DNA of 59,582 nucleotides, filler included. It is 3 parts of 3 records of this genome, joined end to end, with 100 filler letters (N's around TTAATTAATTAA, not from the genome) between each part and the next. Parts side by side here need not be neighbours in the genome. Positions count along the whole stretch, not along the records: positions 1 to 29,793 come from SRR22947725_4813; 2 more parts are not named here. One strand, given 5' to 3'. The notes beneath the pieces are model-generated. The model did no database searches, was not told the origin of the DNA, and worked only from the letters and a program-made list of their open reading frames with translations. The first letter of the stretch is position 1; the number at the start of each line of letters is the position of its first letter. Shown here piece after piece: positions 1 through 11,095 of this stretch. A program made the position numbers and the translations under genes.

Positions 1-2
1 AG

Positions 3-1544
3 TTGAGAGACAAGGTAGCAATCAGGCGGGCTCTAATCTCGGTCTCTGACAAGACCGGACTAATTGAACTTGCAACCGCTCTTTCCAAGGCCGGTGTGGC
101 AATCGTGTCTACCGGATCAACCGCTAAGCAGATTGCAGCGGCCGGAATCGCTGTGAGCGAGGTGAGCGAGGTCACAGGCTTTCCCGAGTCCTTGGATGGC
201 AGGGTCAAGACCCTGCACCCAGCAATCCATGGAGGACTGCTCGCAGATCTAAGACTCGACTCGCACGTCGAGCAGCTTGAAAGCCTTGGAATTGAACCCT
301 TTGAGCTTGTTGTGGTGAACCTATATCCATTTGTTGAGACAGTTTCCTCGGGCGCGGGCTACGACGAGAGTGTTGAGCAGATCGACATTGGTGGACCGGC
401 AATGGTTAGAGCCAGCGCCAAGAACCATGCCAACGTGGCAATCGTTGTCAGCCCAGAGCGCTACCCAGCAATCATTGAGGCAATCGAAGACGGTGGCACA
501 GATCTTGAGCTGAGAAAGCAGCTCGCGCTTGAGGCCTTTAGCCACACCGCAAACTACGACGCTGCGGTCTCCTCTTGGCTAGCTGGGCAGCTTGGCTCTG
601 AGCGGCTCTCGCTTGGCTTTACCAAGAGTGGTGACCTGCGCTATGGAGAAAACTCCCACCAGGCAGCATCACTTTTCGTTGACGGCAATACGGGTGTGGC
701 GAGTGCGAAGCTGCTCGGGGGGAAGGAGATGTCCTACAACAACTTTGTAGACATCGACGCTGCAGTCAGAGCGGCCTATGACTTCGCTGAGCCTGCAGTG
801 GCAATCATCAAGCACGCTAACCCATGTGGTGTGGCGATTGCTGAGCCAGGGGCAGAAGACCCAATAGCCTCTGCCTATTGGCGCGCTCACCTCACCGATC
901 CAGTGTCGGCTTTTGGTGGCGTGGTGGCAGCGAACCGCGAGGTCACTGCAGAATTCGCAGCTTCGCTCTCCCAGGTATTCACCGAGGTTATTGCCGCACC
1001 TGGCTTTAGTCCCGAGGCACTAGAAATTCTTTCGAAGAAGAAGAACCTCAGAATTCTTGAGCTTTCGGATGACTACATGCCCCCAAGTCTCGAAATTAGG
1101 CAGATCTCCGGAGGCCTACTGGTTCAAGAACCAGATAGCTTCGAAGGCCTAGATGTTTCAGCTTGGAAGCTAGTCTCGGGAAAGCCTGCGTCTCCTGCAC
1201 TGATGGCAGACCTAGAGTTTGCCTGGCGGGCATCTCGAGCGGTGAAGTCCAATGCGATTTTGCTGGCCAAGGATCTTGCTGCGGTCGGCATTGGAATGGG
1301 CCAGGTGAACCGGCTTGACTCCTGCCACCTCGCCATTCAGCGTGCCGGGGATCGGGCAGCAGGATCGGTGGCATCATCAGACGCCTTTTTCCCATTTGCA
1401 GATGGTTTAGAGGTGCTAATCGCTGGCGGGATTTCGGCTGTTGTCCAACCGGGTGGAAGCGTGCGGGACGAAGAAGTGATTGCTGCCGCGGTGAGCGCGG
1501 GAATAACCATGTATTTCACTGGCGCGCGACACTTCTACCACTAG
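3..1544 (+). CDS. purH: Bifunctional AICAR transformylase/IMP cyclohydrolase
   Basis: Motifs [60 protein letters not shown] start at window edge, so the true start is uncertain. Confidence 0.97.
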   Translation: MRDKVAIRRALISVSDKTGLIELATALSKAGVAIVSTGSTAKQIAAAGIAVSEVSEVTGFPESLDGRVKTLHPAIHGGLLADLRLDSHVEQLESLGIEPFELVVVNLYPFVETVSSGAGYDESVEQIDIGGPAMVRASAKNHANVAIVVSPERYPAIIEAIEDGGTDLELRKQLALEAFSHTANYDAAVSSWLAGQLGSERLSLGFTKSGDLRYGENSHQAASLFVDGNTGVASAKLLGGKEMSYNNFVDIDAAVRAAYDFAEPAVAIIKHANPCGVAIAEPGAEDPIASAYWRAHLTDPVSAFGGVVAANREVTAEFAASLSQVFTEVIAAPGFSPEALEILSKKKNLRILELSDDYMPPSLEIRQISGGLLVQEPDSFEGLDVSAWKLVSGKPASPALMADLEFAWRASRAVKSNAILLAKDLAAVGIGMGQVNRLDSCHLAIQRAGDRAAGSVASSDAFFPFADGLEVLIAGGISAVVQPGGSVRDEEVIAAAVSAGITMYFTGARHFYH

Positions 1545-1605
1545 GAATCTCTTAGGCCCGCGCTCTGTTAGCCTGTAAGGCTGCCTAGGGTGGCGGAAGA
1601 GATAA

Positions 1606-3381
1606 ATGCAAAATTCCGAATCGGGAACTCTCAAGGTTCTTTTGCGGCTGGTGCCGTTTGCGAAGAAAGCCATACCCAGGTTGATCCTTGGGATGCTGGC
1701 CGGCATTGCTGCACACATGTTCGCACTGGCCATTCCGCAGCTACTCCAGGATCTAGTGAATTCCTTGGTCGCTGGGGGCCTTGACGCGCTCTTGCCGGCG
1801 GTCGGTCTGATTCTGTTTCTTGGTGTTCTCGAGGCACTGTTCGTTCTGCTTAGGCGCTGGTTGGTGCTTACCCCGGGTACCTATGTCGAGGCTGACATGC
1901 GCAACAAGCTCTATGAGAAGCTGCAGGATCTTCCAGTTGCTTTCCATGATCGCTGGCCCTCGGGACAGCTACTTTCCAGGGCGGTCTCTGATCTCCACCT
2001 AATTCGTCGTTGGATGAGCTTTGGTCTTGTGCTGTTCACGGCAAACCTGATCACGATCATCGTGGGTCTGGCGATTCTCTTTACTTTTAACTTCTGGCTG
2101 GGCCTTATCTTTTTTGTGGCAACGATTCCAATCTGGATTGCCGGGTTCCTCTTTGAGGGAAAATACAAGCTCATTGCGAGGCTGTCCCAGGATCAATCGG
2201 GCGATTTAGCCACCCGCGTTGAAGAGGCAGTTCACGGCGTTAGGGTCCTAAAGTCCTTTGGACGCGGAGCTTTCGCCGCGCACCAATTTTCGAACCAGGC
2301 CTCCGACCTTCAGTCCACCGAGATTCGTAAGGCCAAAGCCGTTGCCAATATCTGGCTCTATTTGATTCTGATTCCTGAGCTAGCGGTCGGGCTCTCCATG
2401 CTGGCTGGGGTCTGGCTTGTGGCTCAAGGAGACGTCTCGGTTGGGACCCTGGTGGCTTTCTTCGCGACTGTGATGGTGCTTAGGTGGCCAACAGAGTCGC
2501 TTGGCTTCTTGCTCTCCTTCACCCTTGAGGCGAAGACCGCCACCGAGCGGTTCTTTGAGGTCATGGATGAGGTGAACCCGATTGTTGATCCCGAGAACCC
2601 GAAGCAGGTCGCAGACCCTAAGGGCCTTCTCGAGTTCCATGACGTCCACTTCCGCTATCCGGATGCTTCCGAGGATTCCAAGGCTTTGATAAGTGGTGTG
2701 GACCTAAGGATTGAACCTGGTGAGTCCGTGGCACTCATTGGCCTAACCGGATGCGGCAAGACAACCCTCACCGCACTGACCACGAGGCTCTATGAGGTCA
2801 CTAGCGGTTCGATCACCATAGACGGCCTTGACATCAGAGAGATGTCTCGAGGCGAGCTCCGCAGCCACATCGCCATGGCATTCGAGGATGCCACCCTGTT
2901 TTCCTCTTCGGTGAGAGACAACGTCCTACTTGGAAACCCGGATGCGACTGAGGAGGACCTCAAGCAGGCCCTAGAGATCGCCCAGGCACAATTCGTCTAT
3001 GAGCTTCCCGACGGTCTCGACACCACAATTGGCGAAGAGGGCCTCTCGCTCTCCGGAGGTCAGCGCCAAAGACTAGCTCTTGCAAGAGCCGTGGCAGCAA
3101 ACCCAAGGATTCTCGTCCTAGACGATCCGCTATCGGCGCTGGATGTCGACACCGAAGCTATGGTCGAGGATGCCCTAAGGCATGTCTTGAAGGAGACCAC
3201 GGCACTGATTGTTGCTCACCGACCCTCAACAGTGATGTTGGCTGACAAGGTTGCGCTCATGGAGGACGGGAAGATAACCGCCTTCGGCACCCACCAGGAA
3301 CTTATTCGCTCTAGCGAGCACTACCGCTACGTGATCACCTCTTTGGACGAGGAGCAGAAGGAGCGGGAGGTGAACATTTGA
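1606..3381 (+). CDS. ABC exporter, fused permease/ATPase (heterodimer subunit with degenerate Walker B)
   Basis: N-terminal TM helices; [20 protein letters not shown] (Asp in place of catalytic Glu), AHR. Overlaps the next gene by 4 nt. Confidence 0.92.
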   Translation: MQNSESGTLKVLLRLVPFAKKAIPRLILGMLAGIAAHMFALAIPQLLQDLVNSLVAGGLDALLPAVGLILFLGVLEALFVLLRRWLVLTPGTYVEADMRNKLYEKLQDLPVAFHDRWPSGQLLSRAVSDLHLIRRWMSFGLVLFTANLITIIVGLAILFTFNFWLGLIFFVATIPIWIAGFLFEGKYKLIARLSQDQSGDLATRVEEAVHGVRVLKSFGRGAFAAHQFSNQASDLQSTEIRKAKAVANIWLYLILIPELAVGLSMLAGVWLVAQGDVSVGTLVAFFATVMVLRWPTESLGFLLSFTLEAKTATERFFEVMDEVNPIVDPENPKQVADPKGLLEFHDVHFRYPDASEDSKALISGVDLRIEPGESVALIGLTGCGKTTLTALTTRLYEVTSGSITIDGLDIREMSRGELRSHIAMAFEDATLFSSSVRDNVLLGNPDATEEDLKQALEIAQAQFVYELPDGLDTTIGEEGLSLSGGQRQRLALARAVAANPRILVLDDPLSALDVDTEAMVEDALRHVLKETTALIVAHRPSTVMLADKVALMEDGKITAFGTHQELIRSSEHYRYVITSLDEEQKEREVNI

Positions 3382-5183
3382 GTCTCTACGGCACTAACGA
3401 TGAGGAGCGCACAGACCTCAACAAAGAAGAGTCTCGCTTTGTAAGGGCCCGCTCTAGAAGGCTGCTTGGTTCGCTGCTTGCCCCGATGCGGCTGAGGCTA
3501 ATCCTCGCAATCTTCTTGGGTGTTATCTCAACGGCCATCAGGGTTGCAGGTCCCGCTCTGATTGCTTTGGGCATCGACTGGGCTCTACCTCGAGCGATCA
3601 TGCGCGAATACAACGAGCTTTGGATTGTGGTCGGACTGTATTTGTCCGCTGCGCTGATGACCTCGATTTTGACCTACTACTTCCTGATGATCACGGCCAG
3701 GCTTGCTCAGAATGTGGTGTTTGACCTTAGAAACCGGATGTTTGTTCATACTCAGAAGCTCTCGGTTGAGTTTCACGAGCGCTACACCGCAGGTCGCGTT
3801 ATTGCGCGTCAGACCTCCGATCTTGAGTCGATTGCGGAGCTACTTGCAGGTGGTCTGAACGAGCTTGCTATTGGAGCTATGTTCATGTTCTTCACAGCGG
3901 TAGCGCTACTGCTGTTAGATCCAGTTTCGTTCCTGGTTTTGTTCGGAGCTTTGGTGCCGCTGGCGCTACTAACCCGCTGGTTCCAGGTGAAGACGAACCG
4001 CGGCTACCGCAAGCAGAGGGTCGCCTCATCGCGCCTGATCCAGTACTTCGTTGAGAGCATGACCGGCATTCGTGCTGTGAAGGCTTTCCGCAAGGAAAAG
4101 CGCAACGAGAAGCACTTCGGTGGGCTCGTCGAGGACTACCGCGGTCACAATGCCCACCTCATTCAGCTCTTTGGTATTTACGACCCAGGCTTGATCCTGA
4201 TCGGAAACGCCACCGTTGCAGCCGTCTTGCTGGTCGGTGGCTACAGAGTTCTCGAGGGCTCCTTGGGCATTGGCGTTTTAACTGCAGCAATTTTGTATGC
4301 CAGAAGGTTCTTTGACCCGATGGAAGAGATTGCAATCTTCTATAACTCCTACCAATCGGCAGCCAGCGCACTTGAGAAGATCTCAGGTGTTCTGGAAGAA
4401 GAGCCTTCGGTACCGGAGCCTCAGAGCCCAGTCGAATTTGATAGCGCAAAGGGCCATATCCACTTCAATGGCGTTGAGTTCAAGTATTCGACAGGCCCCA
4501 CAGTCCTTCACAAGTTTGACCTTGAGATTCCTGCCGGTCAGACCATTGCTCTGGTTGGAACGACAGGGGCTGGAAAGTCCACACTTGCCAAGCTGATCTC
4601 TCGTTTCTATGACCCAAGTCTGGGCAATGTCACCATTGATGGGGTCGACGTTAGGGACATTTCCAACAAGGACCTTAGGCGTGAGGTTGTGATGGTGACC
4701 CAGGAGGCCTACCTGTTCTCGGGAACCGTGGCGGAGAACATTCAGCTTGGAAGGCCTGGTGCCTCAATTGAGGACGTAATGTCTGCGGCCAAGGCGGTTG
4801 GTGCCCACGAGTTCATCTTGAGTCTTCCCGAGGGTTATGACACCGATGTGAATAAGCGCGGTGGCAGGGTGTCCGCAGGTCAGCGGCAGCTCATTTCGTT
4901 CGCGCGAGCCTTCCTCGCTAACCCAGCGGTGCTAATTTTGGATGAGGCAACGTCGTCGCTCGATATCCCATCTGAGCGAATGGTCCAGAGGGGCCTAAAG
5001 ACCCTGCTTGCAGGTCGGACAGCCGTCATTATTGCTCACAGACTCTCCACGGTTTCCATTGCTGACAGAGTGCTAGTAATGGAGCACGGCAAGATCATTG
5101 AGGACGATGCTCCGAAGGTTTTGGCAGCTGGAAGTGGAAAGTTTGCCAAGCTCTATAAGGCCTGGAAAGACTCTCTGGTTTAG
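3378..5183 (+). CDS. ABC exporter, fused permease/ATPase (partner subunit)
   Basis: TM domain; GTTGAGKS, variant signature VSAGQ, LILDEAT, AHRL. Typical heterodimeric exporter pair. Confidence 0.92.
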   Translation: MSLYGTNDEERTDLNKEESRFVRARSRRLLGSLLAPMRLRLILAIFLGVISTAIRVAGPALIALGIDWALPRAIMREYNELWIVVGLYLSAALMTSILTYYFLMITARLAQNVVFDLRNRMFVHTQKLSVEFHERYTAGRVIARQTSDLESIAELLAGGLNELAIGAMFMFFTAVALLLLDPVSFLVLFGALVPLALLTRWFQVKTNRGYRKQRVASSRLIQYFVESMTGIRAVKAFRKEKRNEKHFGGLVEDYRGHNAHLIQLFGIYDPGLILIGNATVAAVLLVGGYRVLEGSLGIGVLTAAILYARRFFDPMEEIAIFYNSYQSAASALEKISGVLEEEPSVPEPQSPVEFDSAKGHIHFNGVEFKYSTGPTVLHKFDLEIPAGQTIALVGTTGAGKSTLAKLISRFYDPSLGNVTIDGVDVRDISNKDLRREVVMVTQEAYLFSGTVAENIQLGRPGASIEDVMSAAKAVGAHEFILSLPEGYDTDVNKRGGRVSAGQRQLISFARAFLANPAVLILDEATSSLDIPSERMVQRGLKTLLAGRTAVIIAHRLSTVSIADRVLVMEHGKIIEDDAPKVLAAGSGKFAKLYKAWKDSLV

Positions 5184-6616
5184 TCCTGAGTTTCGCTCAC
5201 CAACAGTGCTATCGCGCTCATCGGTGGCAGGGTGGCAGTCAGCTCTCCTCCAACAACCTGGTGCAGCTCTCCGTCAATCAGGTTCACGTACTCACCATCT
5301 GGCAACGTGGTTGGCACACTTACGCTCATCTCCTGGGTGTCGAAGACGTTGGTTATGAAGTAGCCCACGCCATCACGGGCAAAGCCGTAGACACCGCGTT
5401 CGCGATACTTTTCAACGATCGGGGTAGCCGAGGCTTGGTCGCGGAATCGAATCATGTTGATAGTTGATTGCCAACGGTGTTGGCAGATCCACTCGTCCGC
5501 CTTGTAGTCATCCTTTGGTGCGCTCACGCCGCTGCAGTCGAGTGGTCCGACGCCCTTGACGGTCTCGTAGGGGCCTGCATCTCGGGAACGAAATGCGTAA
5601 GAGGAGTAGAGCATGGGCTGGCCATAGTCCTCCGCGAGCATCATTGCGGTGGCAAGTTCAAAGTATCTAGCGTCGTTGTAGTTGAGGGTTTCGCCGTTGC
5701 GCTCGGTGTCATGGTTCGAGACAAAGGCAATGGTCTGGTTGCTGGGGGTAAAGTCCCTAAATCTGATTGCTGATCCAGCTGGGGTAATTACCTCACCCTT
5801 GAAATAGCTGCGCATGTTCCTCGCGTAGTCAAACTCCCAGACCTCGCCGGAATCTAAGTATTGCTCCGGCTGGATTGGCTCACCGCCACCACGAATTACC
5901 TCGTGAATGACCCTGGTTCCCTCGGGCAGCTGGTCGATGATCACCTTTAGGTCGCTTGCCGCCATGTGTTTAGCGGCATCGATGCGGAAGCCGGCAACCC
6001 CCAGCGACAGAAGGTCGTTTAGGTAGGTGAGGATCTGGTTCTGCACGTTCTCTAGCTTCTGGTTGAGATCACTCAGGGCTAGAAGTTCACAGGTTTGGAC
6101 CTGCGCGAGATCTTTATAGCTACTGATGGAGTCATCGGGGGTGAGGTTGCAGTTGTGGAAGTCCTCGCGAGTGTAAAGGCCCTCATACTCGTATTTGGTG
6201 AACTTAGTTCCGGCATAACCCGTTCCAGAGGTTTGTGCGGTCATGTGGTTGATTACGGCGTCGGCTATTACGTCAACCCCGTGATCGCTGCAGGTAGCAA
6301 CCATGTTGGCAAACTGCTCACGAGTTCCGAACCTTGATTCGATTTTGTAGCTAACTGGCTGGTACACCGTCCACCATGCAGCTCCGGTGATGTGCTCCTG
6401 AGGGGGTGAGGTCAAGACCCAGTCGACACCGGATTCTCCAAGAAACTCGCACTCAGCGGCAATAGAGTCCCAAGGCCACATAAACAGCTGAACGCCAATA
6501 AGGGATTCGTAACGAATTTCAGCCTGGGCCTGCTCTGGGGCTTCGGTTTGACTCGCGCACCCCACCAGAGTCGCTGCCGAGAGAACTGAGCCGACTAGAG
6601 CTGAGAGAAAACGCAC
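5180..6616 (-). CDS. GH13 alpha-amylase, predicted lipoprotein
   Basis: [38 protein letters not shown] catalytic regions; lipobox LVGC. Confidence 0.9.
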   Translation of the reverse strand: MRFLSALVGSVLSAATLVGCASQTEAPEQAQAEIRYESLIGVQLFMWPWDSIAAECEFLGESGVDWVLTSPPQEHITGAAWWTVYQPVSYKIESRFGTREQFANMVATCSDHGVDVIADAVINHMTAQTSGTGYAGTKFTKYEYEGLYTREDFHNCNLTPDDSISSYKDLAQVQTCELLALSDLNQKLENVQNQILTYLNDLLSLGVAGFRIDAAKHMAASDLKVIIDQLPEGTRVIHEVIRGGGEPIQPEQYLDSGEVWEFDYARNMRSYFKGEVITPAGSAIRFRDFTPSNQTIAFVSNHDTERNGETLNYNDARYFELATAMMLAEDYGQPMLYSSYAFRSRDAGPYETVKGVGPLDCSGVSAPKDDYKADEWICQHRWQSTINMIRFRDQASATPIVEKYRERGVYGFARDGVGYFITNVFDTQEMSVSVPTTLPDGEYVNLIDGELHQVVGGELTATLPPMSAIALLVSETQD

Positions 6617-6682
6617 CTTTCAATGCTAAACGATAGGCTAGGCGAGGCTTTGCGCCAGGTGCGCAGTAATTTCAGGAGAAAA

Positions 6683-7900
6683 ATGAGCAAAATCAAGGTA
6701 GTTGGCAAGGTTGTTGAGCTTGATGGCGATGAGATGACTCGCATCATCTGGCAGGACATCAAGGACAACCTGATCCTGCCCTTCTTGGACATCGATCTCG
6801 AGTACTACGATCTCTCGGTTCAGCACCGTGATGAGACAGATGACCAGGTCACCATCGATGCCGCGAACGCCATTAAGACCCACGGGGTCGGTGTGAAGTG
6901 TGCAACTATCACCCCCGATGAGGCAAGAGTCGAAGAATTTGGACTCAAGAAGATGTGGCGCAGCCCAAACGGCACCATTCGAAACATTCTCGGCGGCGTG
7001 GTCTTCCGCGAGCCCATCATCATCTCCAATGTTCCCAGGCTTGTACCTGGCTGGACCAAGCCGATTGTGATTGGTCGTCACGCCCACGGAGATCAATACA
7101 AGGCAACAGACTTTAAGGTGCCGGGCAAGGGCGTTGTCACCATGACCTGGACCCCAGCCGATGGCTCCGAGCCTCAGACAATGCAGATTGCTGAGTACCC
7201 GGAGAACGGCGGCGTGGCGATGGGCATGTATAACTACATCGACTCGATCAGAGACTTTGCTAGGGCGTCATTCAACTACGGCCTATCCCGCGGATACCCC
7301 GTCTACATGTCAACCAAGAACACCATCCTGAAGGCCTACGACGGCGCCTTCAAGGACACCTTCCAAGAGATTTTTGACGCCGAGTACGCGGACAAGTTCG
7401 CGAGTGCGGGACTGACCTATGAGCACAGGCTCATCGATGACATGGTTGCAGCCTCTTTGAAGTGGGAGGGTGGCTATGTCTGGGCATGTAAGAACTACGA
7501 CGGTGACGTCCAGTCCGACACCGTTGCTCAGGGCTTTGGATCGCTGGGACTGATGACCTCGGTACTCACTACCCCAGACGGCAAGTCGGCGCTCGCGGAA
7601 GCTGCACACGGCACCGTAACCCGCCACTACCGCCAGTGGCAGAAGGGTGAGAAGACCTCCACAAACCCAATCGCCTCGATCTTCGCTTGGACCCGCGGTC
7701 TGATGCACCGAGCCAAGCTGGATGGCACCCCTGAGGTTGCAAAGTTTGCCCAGATCCTCGAAGACGTGATTATCAAAACCGTCGAGTCTGGCCACATGAC
7801 CAAGGACCTTGCCGCTTTAGTCGGCAAGGACCAGAAGTGGCAGACCACCGAGGAGTTCATGGCAACCCTCGCCGAAAACATGCGCAAGGCAATGGCCTAA
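6683..7900 (+). CDS. icd: NADP-dependent isocitrate dehydrogenase
   Basis: [36 protein letters not shown] 6683 is preceded by RBS AGGAG; the ORF-track start at 6623 is too long. Confidence 0.97.
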   Translation: MSKIKVVGKVVELDGDEMTRIIWQDIKDNLILPFLDIDLEYYDLSVQHRDETDDQVTIDAANAIKTHGVGVKCATITPDEARVEEFGLKKMWRSPNGTIRNILGGVVFREPIIISNVPRLVPGWTKPIVIGRHAHGDQYKATDFKVPGKGVVTMTWTPADGSEPQTMQIAEYPENGGVAMGMYNYIDSIRDFARASFNYGLSRGYPVYMSTKNTILKAYDGAFKDTFQEIFDAEYADKFASAGLTYEHRLIDDMVAASLKWEGGYVWACKNYDGDVQSDTVAQGFGSLGLMTSVLTTPDGKSALAEAAHGTVTRHYRQWQKGEKTSTNPIASIFAWTRGLMHRAKLDGTPEVAKFAQILEDVIIKTVESGHMTKDLAALVGKDQKWQTTEEFMATLAENMRKAMA

Positions 7901-7905
7901 TAACT

Positions 7906-7958
7906 AGCCCCCCAACGGGGCTGTGGAAAACTCCCTGCAGGAAACTGCGGGGAGTTTT
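7906..7958 (+). terminator. Tandem hairpins ending in an intrinsic terminator after icd
   Basis: AGCCCC/GGGGCT hairpin (7906-7922), then AAAACTCCCTGCAG-GAAA-CTGCGGGGAGTTTT (7927-7958) with a GNRA loop and T-tract. Confidence 0.75.
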
Positions 7959-7970
7959 AGCTTTTGCGGC

Positions 7971-10193
7971 ATGAAAAAACATGCCATCTCATTCATCACA
8001 CTTCTAATCTCTGTCTTCCTCATACCCCTGCCCGCAAGCGCGGAACCGGTCTGTGAGGGAAACCTCTGCACAATTACCTTCGGCTACACCGGCAGCATGC
8101 AAACCTGGGAGGTTCCTCAGGGTGCAATAAACCTCAGCTTTGAAATCTATGGAGCCTCTGGAGCGCGCGGTGGCGGGGGTGGCAGCGTCACAGGCGACCT
8201 CATCGACATCCCGGACACCCTTTACATCTTCGTTGGCGGCGCGGGAAACCAAGGCGTAACCGCAGCGGGAGGCTACAACGGTGGCGGAAGAGCCGGCGGC
8301 AACAGGGGCAATGAGGGCTCCGGCGGCGGAGCAACTGATATTCGCATCGGACTGCAGCCCGAGGACAGAATCGTCGTCGCCGGTGGCGGCGGAGGAGGCG
8401 GAGGCTACTCGGGAGCCTCTGGAGCCGCGGGTGGCGGACTAGTAGCCAACAGCGGAGCCGCAGGCCAGGGAGGCGGAGGTGGTGGGGGAACCCAGACCTC
8501 TGGTGGTGGCGCGGGATATTCCAATGGTGGTTCCGCCGCTAGCGCAGGCAGTTTCGGTCAGGGTGGCCAGGGCGGCACCAGCTGGAACGCAGGCGGTGGT
8601 GGAGGCGGCGGCGGTTGGTATGGGGGCGGCGGCGGTGGTGGCGACGATGACGACTGCTGCGCCGACGGAGGCGGTGGAGGAGGAGGCTCGTCCTACGCCT
8701 CGAGCTCCAACACCCAGAATGTAGAGCACCAAATTGGAGCGAATTCGGGCCACGGCAGGCTCGTAATCACCTATTCGCTGGCTCCTGTTGTTGTTGCTTT
8801 TTCAGGTCAGCAGCTAAGTGCACTAACCGCAAGCTTCACACTTGAGCTTTCTGAACCCATTGTTGGGCTGGCCGAGGAGGACCTGAGCCTTTCCACCCAG
8901 TCTTGCGTTATCTCCTCGATCGCCGTTGATAACCAGTTGGCAAGCATCTTGCTGGCTGGCTGCTCCGATGGCGAGGTGACTCTAACTCTGCGGGCCTATT
9001 CAATTGGCACAAGCGATGCTGGGCCGACAAGCGATGCGGTTGCGACTTTAGTGTTTGATGGCCAGGGTCCCAGCTTTGAGTGGTCAGAGAGCCCAATTGC
9101 CATTTCCTCGAGCGCGATAACCATCTCCTTTTCAGTTTCGGACAATTTGGCCCCGAGTAGCGACTCATTCGCTGTTGAGGGCTGTTCGCTGGCAGTGAGT
9201 GGATCGGCGGTTGTGCTTTCCTCATGCAGTGATGGTGTGGTGCAGGTATCGGTCAGGCCACTTTCGCTTGTGGATGTCTGGGGGAACGCAGCTCCCGAGG
9301 AGCCAATCAGCATCAGCTTCCAAGTTGACACTGTGGGACCAATTGCCACCTGGAACCAGGTGGTGGTTACAGGCGATGACCCATTTAGCTACTCCGCGCT
9401 ATTGAGCTTCTCCGAGTCCGTCAGCTTTAGTCCCGACTTAGTCACGTTTTCATCAGAGCTCGACTGTGGTTTGGGAAGTAGCGAAAGCGAAAGCGGCTGG
9501 CTCTTCACAGCAACCTGCGGCTATGGCTCGGGCACTTGGTCGCTAGAGAACTCCTCAGTGAGTGATCTGCTCGGTAACTTAGCGGCTGTCGGGTCGGTGG
9601 TTATTAGTTTTGATAACCCTCGTCCTCCAGAACCGGTTGAAGAGCAACCTCAAGAGGCTTTCTCGCCGCCTGCTCCTGAACCTGCTGCCCCTGAGCCTCC
9701 AGCTCCTGCGGCACCAGAGCCCGTCACCCCCACTCCAGTGGAACCTGCACCTGTAGCCCCAGAACCTGTTCAGCAGTCTCCACAGGAGTCTTTCTCAACC
9801 GAGTCTGAGGAGGTCCTAGCCGCGACCGACAGCGCTGAGGTGGTGCCGGTTACCAGCAGCGACAGTGTTTCTGCGGAAGTTGACCAGGAGGAGCAGCTTG
9901 CTGCCGAGCTTGAGCGCGAACTAACCACACCTCCTGTCCCGGTTGTGCAAGGCACCCCAAGAGCATCGGTAACCGAGGAATCCCAGTCGGAAACTCGGGA
10001 AGAGCCGGTCACGGTGAGCGAATCAGAGACTGTCAGTCCCACTGTGGTTATCGAACGCGAGACCCCACTTGCAGAACCTGTGATCTTTGAGGCAGAGGAA
10101 CCTAGAGAAGAAAGTTTCCCCTGGCAGATTACGCTGGCAGTTGCCGCGCTAATGGCAGCGGGAGCATTGGCACTGAGGTTTAGCGGAAGATGA
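7971..10193 (+). CDS. Secreted, C-terminally anchored surface protein: Gly-rich domain, about 3 Ig-like repeats, Pro/Glu stalk, TM helix
   Basis: Signal peptide MKKHAISF...ASA; GGGATDIR...RIVVAGGGGG...GGGGSSY pattern resembling the ALK/LTK-type Gly-rich domain; repeats containing DVWGN/DLLGN; PEP-rich stalk; hydrophobic C-terminus followed by RFSGR. Confidence 0.7.
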   Translation: MKKHAISFITLLISVFLIPLPASAEPVCEGNLCTITFGYTGSMQTWEVPQGAINLSFEIYGASGARGGGGGSVTGDLIDIPDTLYIFVGGAGNQGVTAAGGYNGGGRAGGNRGNEGSGGGATDIRIGLQPEDRIVVAGGGGGGGGYSGASGAAGGGLVANSGAAGQGGGGGGGTQTSGGGAGYSNGGSAASAGSFGQGGQGGTSWNAGGGGGGGGWYGGGGGGGDDDDCCADGGGGGGGSSYASSSNTQNVEHQIGANSGHGRLVITYSLAPVVVAFSGQQLSALTASFTLELSEPIVGLAEEDLSLSTQSCVISSIAVDNQLASILLAGCSDGEVTLTLRAYSIGTSDAGPTSDAVATLVFDGQGPSFEWSESPIAISSSAITISFSVSDNLAPSSDSFAVEGCSLAVSGSAVVLSSCSDGVVQVSVRPLSLVDVWGNAAPEEPISISFQVDTVGPIATWNQVVVTGDDPFSYSALLSFSESVSFSPDLVTFSSELDCGLGSSESESGWLFTATCGYGSGTWSLENSSVSDLLGNLAAVGSVVISFDNPRPPEPVEEQPQEAFSPPAPEPAAPEPPAPAAPEPVTPTPVEPAPVAPEPVQQSPQESFSTESEEVLAATDSAEVVPVTSSDSVSAEVDQEEQLAAELERELTTPPVPVVQGTPRASVTEESQSETREEPVTVSESETVSPTVVIERETPLAEPVIFEAEEPREESFPWQITLAVAALMAAGALALRFSGR

Positions 10194-11034
10194 TGGTTCT
10201 TTGACCATCGAGCAGGACGCGGTGTTCGGCGAACCACCTGATTGCTTGGGTGAGGGTCTTGGACTCCGCGTCTTGGCCTATCTGGACAAGCTTGCCCTTC
10301 GAGTCGCTGTGTTCTACCCGAGTGACGTTTTGTTCGATGATCGGACCCTCGTCGAGATCCTGAGTAACAAAGTGTGCTGTTGCACCAATTAGCTTCACGC
10401 CACGAGCGTGAGCTTGGGCATAGGGGTTAGCACCTTTAAAGCCTGGCAAAAACGAGTGGTGGATGTTGATTATTCGACCCGCAAACTCTTCGCAGAACTC
10501 CGGCGAGAGAATCTGCATAAAGCGAGCGAGAACTATGAGCTCGACGTTGTTTTCATGGATGAACTCCCGCAGTCTTTTTTCAAATAGAGCTTTATCAACA
10601 CCGTTATGGATTGCGTGATGTTCAAACTTTGCGCCATAGAAGGTTGCCATTGACTCAAGGTCTGGGTGGTTGGCAAATACCCCTGAGACTTCAATTGGGA
10701 GCTGTTCGGAGCGGTGCCGGAAAAGAACGTCATTTAGGCAGTGACCGGCCTTTGAAACAAGTAGCACCGTCCGCATTGGCCGCCCAACAAAGTCGAGCAC
10801 ATACTCAAGCTGGAAGTCACCGATTATTTTTTCGATTTGCTTTTCAAAGTCGGACTTTGAAATATCGGCCTCTATTTGAAGCCTCATGAAAAAACGGCCG
10901 GTGTCCTCTGATGTGAATTGCTGGCTCTCAGTAATGTTTCCGCCGGCGTCGACGACAGCTCCAGATATGGCATGGACGATGCCGGGCTTGTCGGGGCAAA
11001 CGAAAGTTAGAACCCAGTGCTCTTTTTGACTCAC
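10180..11034 (-). CDS. purU: Formyltetrahydrofolate deformylase
   Basis: ACT domain CPDKPGIV, INIHHSFLPGFKGANPY, GATAHFVT, LDEGPIIEQ. GTG start at 11034. Confidence 0.95.
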   Translation of the reverse strand: MSQKEHWVLTFVCPDKPGIVHAISGAVVDAGGNITESQQFTSEDTGRFFMRLQIEADISKSDFEKQIEKIIGDFQLEYVLDFVGRPMRTVLLVSKAGHCLNDVLFRHRSEQLPIEVSGVFANHPDLESMATFYGAKFEHHAIHNGVDKALFEKRLREFIHENNVELIVLARFMQILSPEFCEEFAGRIINIHHSFLPGFKGANPYAQAHARGVKLIGATAHFVTQDLDEGPIIEQNVTRVEHSDSKGKLVQIGQDAESKTLTQAIRWFAEHRVLLDGQRTIIFR

Positions 11035-11095
11035 ATGGTCAATCCTATTGAGCGAGCCGCGGTGGTAAGCCGCTGGGGACTTGTAAACTTGGGGG
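11035..11095. promoter_or_regulatory. Back-to-back leaderless promoters for purU and glyA
   Basis: TAAACT (11084-11089) 6 nt before the glyA ATG; TAGGAT (minus strand, 11042-11047) 7 nt before the purU GTG. Confidence 0.6.

Noticed and set aside
8150..8700. GGC/GGT/GGA-rich repeats as a CRISPR or satellite array
   Set aside because: They are poly-Gly codons with no repeat-spacer periodicity.
11035..11095. ZTP or THF riboswitch ahead of glyA/purU
   Set aside because: The spacer is only 61 nt, both genes look leaderless and no aptamer consensus is present.
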